Below, one piece after another: positions 19,076-28,772 of a stretch of DNA of 64,000 bases. The notes under the pieces are model-generated. The model searched no databases. It was not told the DNA's origin and saw nothing but the letters and a program-made list of their open reading frames with translations. The translations under genes were made by a program, and so were the position numbers. Positions within the stretch are counted from its first letter, which is position 1. Each line of letters starts with the position of its first letter. This DNA comes from Candidatus Latescibacterota bacterium (GTDB lineage Bacteria; Latescibacterota; UBA2968; UBA8231): the NCBI GenBank assembly GCA_965248265.1, contig CBDFJF010000001.1, forward strand, positions 1,984,001-2,048,000. Direction: 5' to 3'.

Positions 19076-20599
19076 TCATTTCATAAGGGACGTTATGCCC
19101 TGGGTGATGGACTGGCGAGTAATAGTGGTTCGATTACCTAGCTCAGCGACCATCTGTGAACCCGCAAGATTGCCGATCAATCCGACAACATCCCAAGGTG
19201 CGTCCTGGGCGACAAGCACCGATGTGACGGCAAACACGGCGTCACCGGCTCCGACTCGGTCCCTGACACTGACCGCCAGAGCGGGGGCCTCGACGAAGTC
19301 ATCGCCAACGGTATAGTGTAGCGTACCATGCCTCCCGTGCGTTACCGTAAACTTCGGGCAGTCGATTTTCTGGGTAACCTCAACGACGAGGTCGCGCCAG
19401 TCACTGTGTCGCATTCTCGTTTCCAGAGCGACTTCGTGCATTGCCAGACACACGTAATCCGCTTGGGGATACTTCGAGATAGTGTTGAAACCTCGATTGC
19501 CGGCGTTGCATTGTGTGTTCACGCTCAGGAAGTTGGTGGAGCCACAGATCTCTGTTACTGCCTTCGGGGTGAGGAAGCCGTGTCCATAGTCGGCGACCAC
19601 CACTACGTCGTATGCGCCGACCTCCTCTTGTAGAATTTCCAGGGCCTGGCGCTCATCAACCGCCGGCATTACGTCATCCGCCATTGTGTACAGCTCGAAC
19701 ATCCTCGCGTTCGTATGGCGGTCCACGTAGCGACGCTTCCTGATAGTAGGCGCGCCGTGCCATGTAGCATATCTGTGTTTGACTTCGGGGAGCAGAGCAT
19801 CGCTGACAAAGTCTTCGCTCCTGTCGACATCGCCCAAACAGGTCACGAGCCCCACCTCGTTGCACAAACCTGCCAGGTGATTGGCTACAGCGATACTCCC
19901 GCCTCCATACCGCTCGGTCGACTGATAAAGAAAGGCGAGAACTGGATCCTTGTTGGATTTGCCCAAGCCGTCGCAGAAAACGTATTCGTCAATGATGGCC
20001 TCACCAACTACAAGAACTCGAAGATCCCGGATCCGCTCAAGGTATCGAAGAATGTCTTCCGTTGTTTGGCGACTTCGGAAGTCCGCCAGCCAATCCTCTG
20101 TCTCAGATGGGAATTGCTGTATGTGCGAGTTAATCAGATTGGACGAGCTGAAAAGGTTGTCATCCGTGAATTCAACCCTGGTCTCGGCCTCGGACGCCGC
20201 CTCCATTTCCGCCCTTAGGCCCGGAGACACGTCTTCGCTATTCCGAAACTCGCCTCCTTTGCAGTACACACTTGGCCGCAGCAACCTGATCGTCTCGGCT
20301 GCGTCTGCCCACTCGTTGACAGCGACATAGTCGACAACAAACATCGAGGCAATTGTCTCTGCGCGTACCGCGTCCGAGAAAACCGGCCGATGATTACCCT
20401 TGTTGACAAAGCGATCCGGTGTCACGGTAACCACCAGGCGCCCACCCCGCGAACGCGCCTGCTCGAAGTAGCGAATGTGACCCAGGTGCAGCAGATCGAA
20501 AACCCCATGACAGTGCACCACGGTGTCTCCTTGCTTCTTCCACTGCGCCACCACTGCAGCCAGGTCGGTGATGCTGACAATCTTACCTGAAGTCGTCAT
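19076..20599 (-). CDS. bifunctional cytidylyltransferase-like/PfkB sugar kinase (HldE-like, reversed domain order)
   Basis: N-terminal HGVFDLLHLGH; C-terminal DYGHG and DRVGAGDA. Confidence 0.85.
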   Translation of the reverse strand: MTTSGKIVSITDLAAVVAQWKKQGDTVVHCHGVFDLLHLGHIRYFEQARSRGGRLVVTVTPDRFVNKGNHRPVFSDAVRAETIASMFVVDYVAVNEWADAAETIRLLRPSVYCKGGEFRNSEDVSPGLRAEMEAASEAETRVEFTDDNLFSSSNLINSHIQQFPSETEDWLADFRSRQTTEDILRYLERIRDLRVLVVGEAIIDEYVFCDGLGKSNKDPVLAFLYQSTERYGGGSIAVANHLAGLCNEVGLVTCLGDVDRSEDFVSDALLPEVKHRYATWHGAPTIRKRRYVDRHTNARMFELYTMADDVMPAVDERQALEILQEEVGAYDVVVVADYGHGFLTPKAVTEICGSTNFLSVNTQCNAGNRGFNTISKYPQADYVCLAMHEVALETRMRHSDWRDLVVEVTQKIDCPKFTVTHGRHGTLHYTVGDDFVEAPALAVSVRDRVGAGDAVFAVTSVLVAQDAPWDVVGLIGNLAGSQMVAELGNRTTITRQSITQGITSLMK

Positions 20600-20847
20600 G
20601 ACCGCCCCTCAAAACGACGGTGTGAACTGTTGCAACCTAATCCGGCTCCGCCTCCGTCAACTACTTGTAGTGGCATCACGCAAGTATTGTTATTACAGGC
20701 TGTTGTGCATATTCGAGTATTTCTCAATCCCGCACACTTTTGTATCGCTTCCGTTGAGTCACGCTTTCGCCATGTACTGGCGCGTCCATGACGGCTATCA
20801 TATCGAGAAACACAAGCGTTGAGGAAATCCTGCTTCGTGAGATCCAT
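20596..20847 (-). CDS. small Cys-rich hypothetical protein
   Basis: GAGGGG RBS just before ATG; stop overlaps the next start (ATGA); 6 Cys in 83 aa. Confidence 0.35.
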   Translation of the reverse strand: MDLTKQDFLNACVSRYDSRHGRASTWRKRDSTEAIQKCAGLRNTRICTTACNNNTCVMPLQVVDGGGAGLGCNSSHRRFEGRS

Positions 20848-21008
20848 TATCCCCTCGCTCTGGTCTATTCAGTCTTGTGCCGAGCTTAGGAACAAAGATT
20901 AGCTACTGCAGGTAGAGCCGTGCGCAGCCAGCCGCTTAGTCGATACACGAATCATAATATGTTGTAGCATGATTAAGTCACTGTCTATAACAGAGTTACC
21001 TGGAGACG

Positions 21009-21280
21009 GTGCCGGCAGAGCGTTCGGTCAGCCACCTGGAGCGTCACGTGTCCGCCCTGCTCGCCCCCGCCGTTGAGACAGCCCGGGCGTTTGTGCGCGA
21101 ACAACCGGCGGTCAACATCGATGAAACCGGTTGGCGACAAGGCAACGACAAAGCCTGGTTTGGTCTGCGGTTGCAGACGACGTCACCGTCTTCGGGATCC
21201 GGCCCAGTCGTGGCCGCGACGTGCCCAGGAACTGCTGGGCGATGATGCCACGGCGGTCATCGGCTCCGAACTGTTCACTC
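21009..21280 (+). mobile_element. IS66-family transposase fragment (frameshifted relic)
   Basis: Across three frames reads ...VNIDETGWRQGNDKAW / VWSAVADDVTVFGIRPSRGRDV / QELLGDDATAVIGSE, the DET..W..W..SRG..LLG..SD core of IS66 TnpC. Confidence 0.8.
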
Positions 21281-21283
21281 GCA

Positions 21284-22405
21284 CTAGTCGCACGGACCCG
21301 ATTTGTCTCTGCATTCGTAGCATCCCTTGCAAATATCGGGAATCTGGCCTTCCAAGTGAGCCTTCCTGAAACGTCGGTACGGTTCACTGTTCCATTCAGT
21401 TGTAAAGTTTCGCGCATCCCCAAGATCGGCTACCGAGGGTTGTCCTATAATGCAGCATGGTACGATTCGCATGTCTGACGAGATATAAGCCCGCTCCCAG
21501 GGCCACGGGCATATGTTATCCGAGCTGTACTTCTCCTCTATGCGCCAGAACGTCACCTCGACCCCGGAACCTCTGCCCTGTTGTACTAACTGATTCGCCC
21601 GGCGAACATCTAGGCCATTGGAGACATTGCTGTCGACGTAGGCTCCGTGCCAATCTCCTCTCCACTCCCACAAGTCGAGTGAAAAAGTCAGCCTGCTGAA
21701 ACCCAATTCGACCGCTAGCGTTACCAACATCTCCAGCTCCTGAAGATTTCCCGACTGCACAACGACCCACATGCGCGTGCGCTTGTGCCCTACTTGCTGG
21801 CAGTAGCCATTCAGCATTGAGCAGTTTTCCTTGACGCGGCCCAACTTACCTCCCCGGCGAATCGACTCATACGTATCGTCTGTTGCACCATCGATCGATA
21901 TCTGCAACTCGCAGATATCGCTATCGATCACTCGTCTGTAAGCATCATTCAGGTGAAGGAGCGACGCATTGGAAGTCGACCTGACCCAGATCTGCTTACT
22001 TCTGGCATACGCAATCATGTCGGTATAGGTCTTGCCCAGCAAGGGCTCGCCGATGCCTTGAAGCTTGAGCTCGATAACACCGTACTGCTCGTCGATAACA
22101 CGTGTGAAGTCATCATAGTGTAGATCCTCGGCACGCGTGAACTTCGGCCAGTCGCTTACTGGACACATCGTGCAGTGAAAATTACAGCGGCTGACGTTCT
22201 CGACGTCCAGCTTGATTGGCATATAGTCGACGATCTCACCGCGTCTCGCCGCGAGATATCTCTCGTAATTTTGCCGTCGGAGTGGGTATCTCTTGAAGCC
22301 GTCTTCTAAGACGCGCTCATGAAACTCCAGATCGGGCGAAGGTTGCGGTAGTTCAGCAAGATCTAGAACCGAGTCGTTGGTCGTCGCCGGAAGTGATATG
22401 TCCAT
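21284..22405 (-). CDS. radical SAM protein with C-terminal SPASM/twitch domain
   Basis: CNFHCTMC, GIGEP, CPWPW...VPCC...CKGC. Confidence 0.9.
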   Translation of the reverse strand: MDISLPATTNDSVLDLAELPQPSPDLEFHERVLEDGFKRYPLRRQNYERYLAARRGEIVDYMPIKLDVENVSRCNFHCTMCPVSDWPKFTRAEDLHYDDFTRVIDEQYGVIELKLQGIGEPLLGKTYTDMIAYARSKQIWVRSTSNASLLHLNDAYRRVIDSDICELQISIDGATDDTYESIRRGGKLGRVKENCSMLNGYCQQVGHKRTRMWVVVQSGNLQELEMLVTLAVELGFSRLTFSLDLWEWRGDWHGAYVDSNVSNGLDVRRANQLVQQGRGSGVEVTFWRIEEKYSSDNICPWPWERAYISSDMRIVPCCIIGQPSVADLGDARNFTTEWNSEPYRRFRKAHLEGQIPDICKGCYECRDKSGPCD

Positions 22406-22407
22406 GG

Positions 22408-23595
22408 TTACAGCCGTACGAAAGCGATGTTAGGCACTATCGGAGTTCTTTCGATCCTGACTTCGTTGAGATCAAGTACATCCAGCAACGCCTCTGTCTC
22501 ACCTGGCCAATCCTCATAGCACAACTCATCAATACATATCACTGAGCCTTTTGACATTCGGGGCAGACAAGCTCGCAACACGGCCGCCGTTGGCTCATAG
22601 AGATCTACGTCAAGATATAGCAAGGCGACAAGGATGCTCTTGTCGTTTTTCAGAGTTTCGGGGACGGTCCGCCTGACATCACCCTTGACGAGCCGCATCC
22701 GCGGTATCTGGGGGATCTTGCGCGTCTTATCTAGATGCTCGAACAAATCTACTATTTGATCGTATGCGCCCTCCGCGCTGTAGGTACCGGCCTTATAGAG
22801 CTCCGGGTACTTGGGTTGGGGTGGCATATCTTTGTCGGTCACCTCCGGGAAGCCAGTAAAGGTGTCAAAGCCATACACTCGCCTGCCATAGTTGACTGGC
22901 TCATATATCTCACCGAGGTGCAGCCACGTTGCCAGGCTGCCACCATACAGCACCCCGGCCTCGAATATCACTCCCGGAACACTGAGTATTGAACGATAGA
23001 TCTCGGCCTTGAAAAGGAACCTGGCTAGGTCCCTATGCCGAACCCAGCTTGGAAAGTTTTCCAGTTTTTCCCTAGTCGAAATCGGGAAACTCTCGAAATT
23101 CTTGACGACCGCATCCAGTGCGGAAAGCTCGTCGGACCGAATTCTAGTGCCTTGGAAAAGCTCACTGACAGGTTGATCGTCCTGCTCTTCTTGGTCTGAC
23201 ATTGCAGTAAAGGCTCCTATTTCGTCGAGTACTTCAGCATTATCGAACCTCGCTCTGGCGTACACAAGTCCCTCAAATGACTGCTCTCGTTCAACACACT
23301 CGTCCTCGAGGGCGAAATGCACATTACAGCTATTTACTGCCCGCAGGATGCCTCTCATTTCCTCGATGTCAGAGGGCAGCTGTGCCACCGTCGCGAATAT
23401 AATGTTTGCAACATCTCCGTGTTGCAGTCGCTCCAGTAGGTTTGGGTAGCATCTCCCGAGCACGAACTCAGAAACTATAGAATCGACTTCCAACGACAGC
23501 TGACTTGCCCTTTGGTTGATGAGGCAACTCTGCGCTTTCTGGGGAATGCGCCACGGGCTTAACTCCACGCTTGACACCACCCCCACCGTTTTCAT
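22408..23595 (-). CDS. fusion: LIC12192-like sporadic carbohydrate cluster domain + TylF/MycF-type O-methyltransferase
   Basis: N-terminal IPQKAQ..SE..QLP..HFALE; C-terminal VPGVIFEAGV..G, GFDTFTGFP, LDVDLYEPT, DE...WPGET. Confidence 0.75.
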   Translation of the reverse strand: MKTVGVVSSVELSPWRIPQKAQSCLINQRASQLSLEVDSIVSEFVLGRCYPNLLERLQHGDVANIIFATVAQLPSDIEEMRGILRAVNSCNVHFALEDECVEREQSFEGLVYARARFDNAEVLDEIGAFTAMSDQEEQDDQPVSELFQGTRIRSDELSALDAVVKNFESFPISTREKLENFPSWVRHRDLARFLFKAEIYRSILSVPGVIFEAGVLYGGSLATWLHLGEIYEPVNYGRRVYGFDTFTGFPEVTDKDMPPQPKYPELYKAGTYSAEGAYDQIVDLFEHLDKTRKIPQIPRMRLVKGDVRRTVPETLKNDKSILVALLYLDVDLYEPTAAVLRACLPRMSKGSVICIDELCYEDWPGETEALLDVLDLNEVRIERTPIVPNIAFVRL

Positions 23596-24407
23596 ATCAG
23601 ATTCCCAGTCGCGTACAGATCATATCCCTTCTGAAACAAAGGTTGAGTCGTAGACTGAACTCTCATGTCAAAACTAACTCTTGGCGATCCGCCGGTATTT
23701 TCATGAGCTCCGTGAACGATGCTGCACTCGAAGAGAATCGCCTGGCCAAACGTCAGTGTCACTCCGCCTGGCATCGCCGACTCGCGCTGTAAAACATGAC
23801 TGATCGGTTCGTCAAAACGATAGCTAGAGACAATCCGCGCCGATGACCTCCTGTCGAAAAGGTATATGCCGGACTCATCGGCAACGTCGTACATCGGCAC
23901 CCAGAGGGTGTAAGCGCAGGGCGAATGTCCGTAGTACACATCAGTATGTGCGGGCGTCGCATCCTGCCCCTCTCCTGGGACATTTACCCGCAAGTATATG
24001 CGCTTCTGGTAAAAGATTTCGTTCTTACAGAGCTTGGCGATCGCCGATCCAAAACTGTCAAGTACCGTTCGAGTACTCTCGAGCATGCCGTAGTTTACTG
24101 TCTTCAGAAGTAAGTTCAGCTCGGCAGGGGTCACAGCCATCAAGAGATCGGACACAGAATCGTCCGGGTTGGCATTGGGAACGTTGGATCTGACGATGTG
24201 CTCAAATCGATCTCTGAAGAGAGCCAGTCCACTCAGGTTATCGGCATCAATCACGGCCCAGCCCGTTGTAGTGATATCTTCGATAAGCGTATCGTTCGCC
24301 AACGTCTGTCCTTGCCGGCGGTACGGGCGACGGTGGAATTGCTCGCCCGGCTCGGGCTCATCTCCGGGCATCGTCATTCTGCGTAGACGATGAACGACTT
24401 CCCCCAC
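23592..24407 (-). CDS. 2OG-Fe(II) oxygenase (sporadic carbohydrate cluster type, PhyH-like)
   Basis: PAHTDVYYGHSP..LWVP (HxD), distal H in VHG..N..RVSFDMR. Confidence 0.8.
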   Translation of the reverse strand: MGEVVHRLRRMTMPGDEPEPGEQFHRRPYRRQGQTLANDTLIEDITTTGWAVIDADNLSGLALFRDRFEHIVRSNVPNANPDDSVSDLLMAVTPAELNLLLKTVNYGMLESTRTVLDSFGSAIAKLCKNEIFYQKRIYLRVNVPGEGQDATPAHTDVYYGHSPCAYTLWVPMYDVADESGIYLFDRRSSARIVSSYRFDEPISHVLQRESAMPGGVTLTFGQAILFECSIVHGAHENTGGSPRVSFDMRVQSTTQPLFQKGYDLYATGNLI

Positions 24408-25123
24408 CAGCCTACTGAAAGATGAGGTTCGAATAAGAAGCTGCTGCTATCCGCGAAATCGGAGAACGCGCGCGCAACGCCCTTCTTAGGAGAGCCCTTA
24501 TAGCCGGCATACATGTCATCTATATAGAGCACGCTTCCCTCCTGCAGAAGGGGCTCGATGAAATTGAACACGGGTATCGCAGACTCGAGCAGGTCGCAGT
24601 CCACGCAGACCATGGCAATCCTGGTGTCCCTATCGAGCAGTTCGCGCTGAAGTTCTTGTGTGAGGGACTTGTCATAGTAGCCGCCGACGGTCTCGACTTT
24701 GTCGACGTAGATGCCATGGTCATTGATCATGCACATGAATTCCTGCTCAGACGTCGCAAGTGCTCCCGCAGTCCACCCCTCATGGTCTGGTTCCGATGCC
24801 GGCTCCGGCAACCCGGCAAAACTGTCGAAGGCCAGGAACTCCATTGAGTCGAGGTTGTGGCGCCTCGCTTCTGTCAGTGCCATGCGGAATGTTCGGGCCC
24901 GGTGACATCCAAACTCGTAGTAGGCACCGATAATGCCATTCTCCTTGAGGTAATCGAAAGCTATTGCATAGTACGCGTATTTAATGGCTTGTCTGTTTGT
25001 CTGGCTATAGAGCACCTCATCGGCGTCCGACCAGTTCGCCAAAGCTGTACCGTCGGCGAGGTGAACCCACGGTTCACCCGCAGCCGCCTCGAGTCCAAAA
25101 AGTCCGGAAGGTACCTGTTTCAA
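24374..25123 (-). CDS. TylF/MycF/NovP-related O-methyltransferase
   Basis: YYEFGC, AFDSFAGLP, VDCDL, IDD. TTG start with AGGAGG RBS. Confidence 0.8.
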   Translation of the reverse strand: MKQVPSGLFGLEAAAGEPWVHLADGTALANWSDADEVLYSQTNRQAIKYAYYAIAFDYLKENGIIGAYYEFGCHRARTFRMALTEARRHNLDSMEFLAFDSFAGLPEPASEPDHEGWTAGALATSEQEFMCMINDHGIYVDKVETVGGYYDKSLTQELQRELLDRDTRIAMVCVDCDLLESAIPVFNFIEPLLQEGSVLYIDDMYAGYKGSPKKGVARAFSDFADSSSFLFEPHLSVGWWGKSFIVYAE

Positions 25124-25547
25124 CTCAGCGCTCCTCCTTGGGCCAAGGTACGGTCCCCACTCGGCAGCCTACACCGGGAGGCTGCAGGGGTTCCTGATGC
25201 GGATGTGACATTCCGTGTGGCGCTTGACGCCACGGGACTGACCAGAGAAAGCGGCAACAAATGCGAGCGGAACGATGACACCCCGGACCTACCCCAGTTT
25301 CCATTGACGAACATCAATAGCCGACCGTGCAGTCAAGGATCTGCACCCCCCAGCCATCGGGGACGTAAGAGCAGAGTGTGTAAGCCCACAGAGGCGTGAA
25401 CCGAGCACCGGAGTTCTGCTCGTAGTACACCTCTGGCGCATGTACGAAGCAAATTCGCCCTTTGTCGCTGTTAGTACGCATCAAGCTGTATCCTGCGCTG
25501 GAGAATGGGTGTGTAAGTCCTTAGTGTACGAAGAACCATCTGACCTG

Positions 25548-26437
25548 TCAGCACACAGGACCGCGTCGGGCAATCACGATGAACATGTCGCCGAAATTCA
25601 CGGGAATGCGGATGGCCTTCGCCCACCCGCCAGGAACGTGCAAGCCTGCCCTGCTCAGCAAGTAGTTCAGCGAGAATACCTTGGAGTAGCGTACCACTTG
25701 CTGGACCTCGAACCCCACAACCTCCAACATTCGGCTGAGTGTGGCCGGCGAGAAGTGGTACAGGTGAAACCGCATCAGCCATGGAATAACGCCGACCCAT
25801 GAGCCTGGCGGCAAGACTACTTATATCGTGAGTCGAGACGGCGATGCCGCCACCCGGCCGTAGCCATGACCTGATCGAGGCGAAAGCCGACTTCGGGTCT
25901 TGAAGATGCTCGGCTACGTCCCACAGGGTTACGAAGTCAAAAGAACCGGGTCGGAACTGGGCCTCTTCAGCACTGCCGCGAACGACAGGACAGTCGCACG
26001 CCTGTCTTGCGTGGCGAGCTGCCCAATTGGACGGTTCGAGACCAGTGCAGAGGTAGCCCGATTTCTTCGCCTCACTGAGGAAAACGCCAGCGTAGCATCC
26101 CACATCGAGCAATTCAGCGCCTGCAGCGTAACGACCGATCTCCTTTAGATGGCTTCTGAAGGTAACTGCTCGCTCATCCCAGGTTTCGAGGTACGCTTGA
26201 TCGACCACTTCTGCATAGAGTTGTGAAATCCACCGCATCTCGTGGGTTCATGAAGACGAGGTCGCAGTGCCGGCATCTTACTATGTCGTGGTATCTGCCG
26301 TAGGCGGGAGCCGTGCTGACGAACTCTTCCACGGACGCCTGCCCGTGTCCGATAGTACTTGGATGAACCAGTTCGAAGTCTTCCTCGCCGCACAGATTGC
26401 ACGGCACGACCTCAGAAATGGTTGACGATGTCATCAT
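25548..26437 (-). pseudogene. class I SAM methyltransferase with two frameshifts
   Basis: CNLC..CRHC N-terminus (26174-26437) continues in another frame as LYAEVVD..LLDVGC..WDVAEH. It shifts again near 25785 into PWLMRFHLYHFSP. Confidence 0.75.
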
Positions 26438-26643
26438 CGCAGATTGCTGCGTCGATCATTTGGGCATCCTTCGTCCCCCAGTCACGTCGATGATTTCTCC
26501 GTAACTGATTGATAAAAAAGGAATTCCGCGGTGTACTAGGCGCAAAGACGGGAGGCCAGCGAGGCCTCGAAAGTCAAGGCAAACGGCCGCAAAAGAAGGT
26601 TCAGGCTGCCGGCTGAACGGCAAGTTGCCACGTCATTGAGGAT

Positions 26644-27627
26644 CTACCCATCCGTCTGGATCTGGCTCGCCCACGCCCGGTTCCCCTGGTACCAGGCCAC
26701 GAGGGCCGCCATCCCCTCATTCACCCCGTACTCCGGCGACCACCCCAACAACAGGTGGGCCTTCTCAATCTGAGCCCACGTTGCAGCCATATCCGCCGCG
26801 TGCGCCTTCCGCCGCTCGATCTCGGCCTTCCGCCCCACCAGGTTCTCGATTATCCGGATCATGTCCATCAACACCACCGGCTTGTCCGACCCCAGGTTCA
26901 CCACCTCGTAACCCACCGGCCTCAGGGCCGCCTCCACCCCCCTAGCGATGTCCGCCACGAAGGTGAAGTCCCGCCGCTGCGTGCCATCGCCGAACAGTTG
27001 CACGGGGCGTCCCTCGCTGATCCACTGCACGAACCGGAAGGGGCTCATGTCCGGCCGCCCCGCTGGCCCGTAGACCGTGAAGAACCGCAGCGCCGTAACG
27101 TCCAGCCCGTGCAGATGATGGTAGGTGTAGCAAAGTTCCTCTGCCGCCTTTTTCGAGGCAGCGTACGGCGACAACGGCTCGCTCGTATGGGCGTCCTCCC
27201 GGAACGGCACGGCGTTGCGCGCCCCATAGAGGCTCGACGACGAGGCGAGGACGAACTTGCCGATCCCTGTCTCGCGACAGGCCTCTAGCAGGTTCAGCGT
27301 CCCGGCAACGTTCGTCTCGTAGTAGACCCAGGGATTCTCGACGCTGTAGCGCACACCCGCATAGGCGGCGAGATTGACGACGGCGTCCACACCACCCGCC
27401 TCGGTGACCACCCGCAACAGGCACCCAATTTTCCGGTCAGTGATATCCGCCCGCCGGAAGTCGAAACCTCTCACCCCCTCCAACTGCGCCAGCCGCCAGT
27501 CCTTCAAGCGACGGTCGTACGCCTCGTTCAGGTTGTCGATCCCCACCACCGTGTGACCGCTGTCCAACAGCCGCCTCGTCGTCTGCGCACCGATGAACCC
27601 GGCGCACCCCGTAACCACGACTCTCAC
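26644..27627 (-). CDS. UDP-glucuronate 4-epimerase-like SDR
   Basis: GCAGFIG, NLAAYAGVRYS, YAASKK, RFFTVYGPAGRPDM. Confidence 0.88.
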   Translation of the reverse strand: MRVVVTGCAGFIGAQTTRRLLDSGHTVVGIDNLNEAYDRRLKDWRLAQLEGVRGFDFRRADITDRKIGCLLRVVTEAGGVDAVVNLAAYAGVRYSVENPWVYYETNVAGTLNLLEACRETGIGKFVLASSSSLYGARNAVPFREDAHTSEPLSPYAASKKAAEELCYTYHHLHGLDVTALRFFTVYGPAGRPDMSPFRFVQWISEGRPVQLFGDGTQRRDFTFVADIARGVEAALRPVGYEVVNLGSDKPVVLMDMIRIIENLVGRKAEIERRKAHAADMAATWAQIEKAHLLLGWSPEYGVNEGMAALVAWYQGNRAWASQIQTDG

Positions 27628-28772
27628 TCCGTTCTCCGTCGCCGAAGCAGTTGCTCGTATGCCTGGCCGGTTCGCGTCGCCATCGTCGCCAGGTCAAAAC
27701 CGGGTGCACGGCGCAGACCTCGTTCTCCCAGCTCGCGGCGCGTGTCATCGTCGCTCAGTACTGCTGCCAGGGCCCGCCGGAGTCCCTCCGGCTCGCCGTT
27801 CACCAACACTGCCGCGTCGCCCACCACCTCCCCCACGCCCCCCACATCGGTGGTCACCACTGGGCAACCCATCGCCATCGCCTCTACGAGCGACAGCGGC
27901 ATGCCCTCGCTGTGCGACGGCAGCACGAAGACGTCGAAGGCGGCCAGCCACGGCCGTACGTCGGACACGACTCCGGTAAAGACCACGTGGTCCGAGATCC
28001 GCAGGAACCGTGCCTGCGCCTCCAGCGTCCCGCGCAGGGGGCCGTCGCCGACGATACACACAGTCAGGTCGGCGTTCTCGGCCAGCAGGGCCGCCGCGGC
28101 CCCCAGTAAGTCTTCGGTCCCCTTCTCTCGGGTGAGGCTGCCCACCGTGCCGATCACTCGAGGGCCCTCCGGCAGCGCCACCGGCCGCGGCCCCGCCTTC
28201 TCGCGCCGGTAGTGCTCCAGGTCGATCCCGTTCGCGATCGCTGTCCAGTGCGCCGCCTCGACGATGCCGGCCGCCTCCAACTCCTCGGCCACGCGTTCGC
28301 TGATCGTGATGCACTCGTCCGTCAGCCGCGCGCAGCGACGCTCGACGGCGCGCAGCACCCACGGTCCCACGCCCGCGCCTGCCAGCTCGCCCACGACCCC
28401 GTGATACGTGTGCACCACCACCGGCACCCCCGCCCGCCGCGCCGCAAGTCGGCCCAGCAACCCCGACTTGCTGATGTGCGTGTGCACGATGTCGTAATTC
28501 CCGCGGCGCAGGATCCCCAGGATCTCGCGGTATGCCTTCCAGTCCTGCCACAGCGAGATCGCCCGCTGCAGGCTGTCGACGTAGTGCAGCCGCAACCCCG
28601 TCGCCTCCGCTTCCTCCCACAGGCTGCCCTCGCAGGGCTCGCCCCGGCCCGCCAGGATCTCCACCTCAAACCGCTCCGGGTCCAGGCTGCGCGCCAGGTC
28701 GATGACGTGCCGCGAGGCGCCGCGCTTCACCAGCCGCGTGATCACCTGCAGCACATGGATGCGCCGCGTCAT
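27624..28772 (-). CDS. GT4 family glycosyltransferase
   Basis: HTH..K.G, NGID, EKG, EGMPLSLVEAMAMG. Start reassigned to ATG 28772. Confidence 0.9.
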   Translation of the reverse strand: MTRRIHVLQVITRLVKRGASRHVIDLARSLDPERFEVEILAGRGEPCEGSLWEEAEATGLRLHYVDSLQRAISLWQDWKAYREILGILRRGNYDIVHTHISKSGLLGRLAARRAGVPVVVHTYHGVVGELAGAGVGPWVLRAVERRCARLTDECITISERVAEELEAAGIVEAAHWTAIANGIDLEHYRREKAGPRPVALPEGPRVIGTVGSLTREKGTEDLLGAAAALLAENADLTVCIVGDGPLRGTLEAQARFLRISDHVVFTGVVSDVRPWLAAFDVFVLPSHSEGMPLSLVEAMAMGCPVVTTDVGGVGEVVGDAAVLVNGEPEGLRRALAAVLSDDDTRRELGERGLRRAPGFDLATMATRTGQAYEQLLRRRRTE

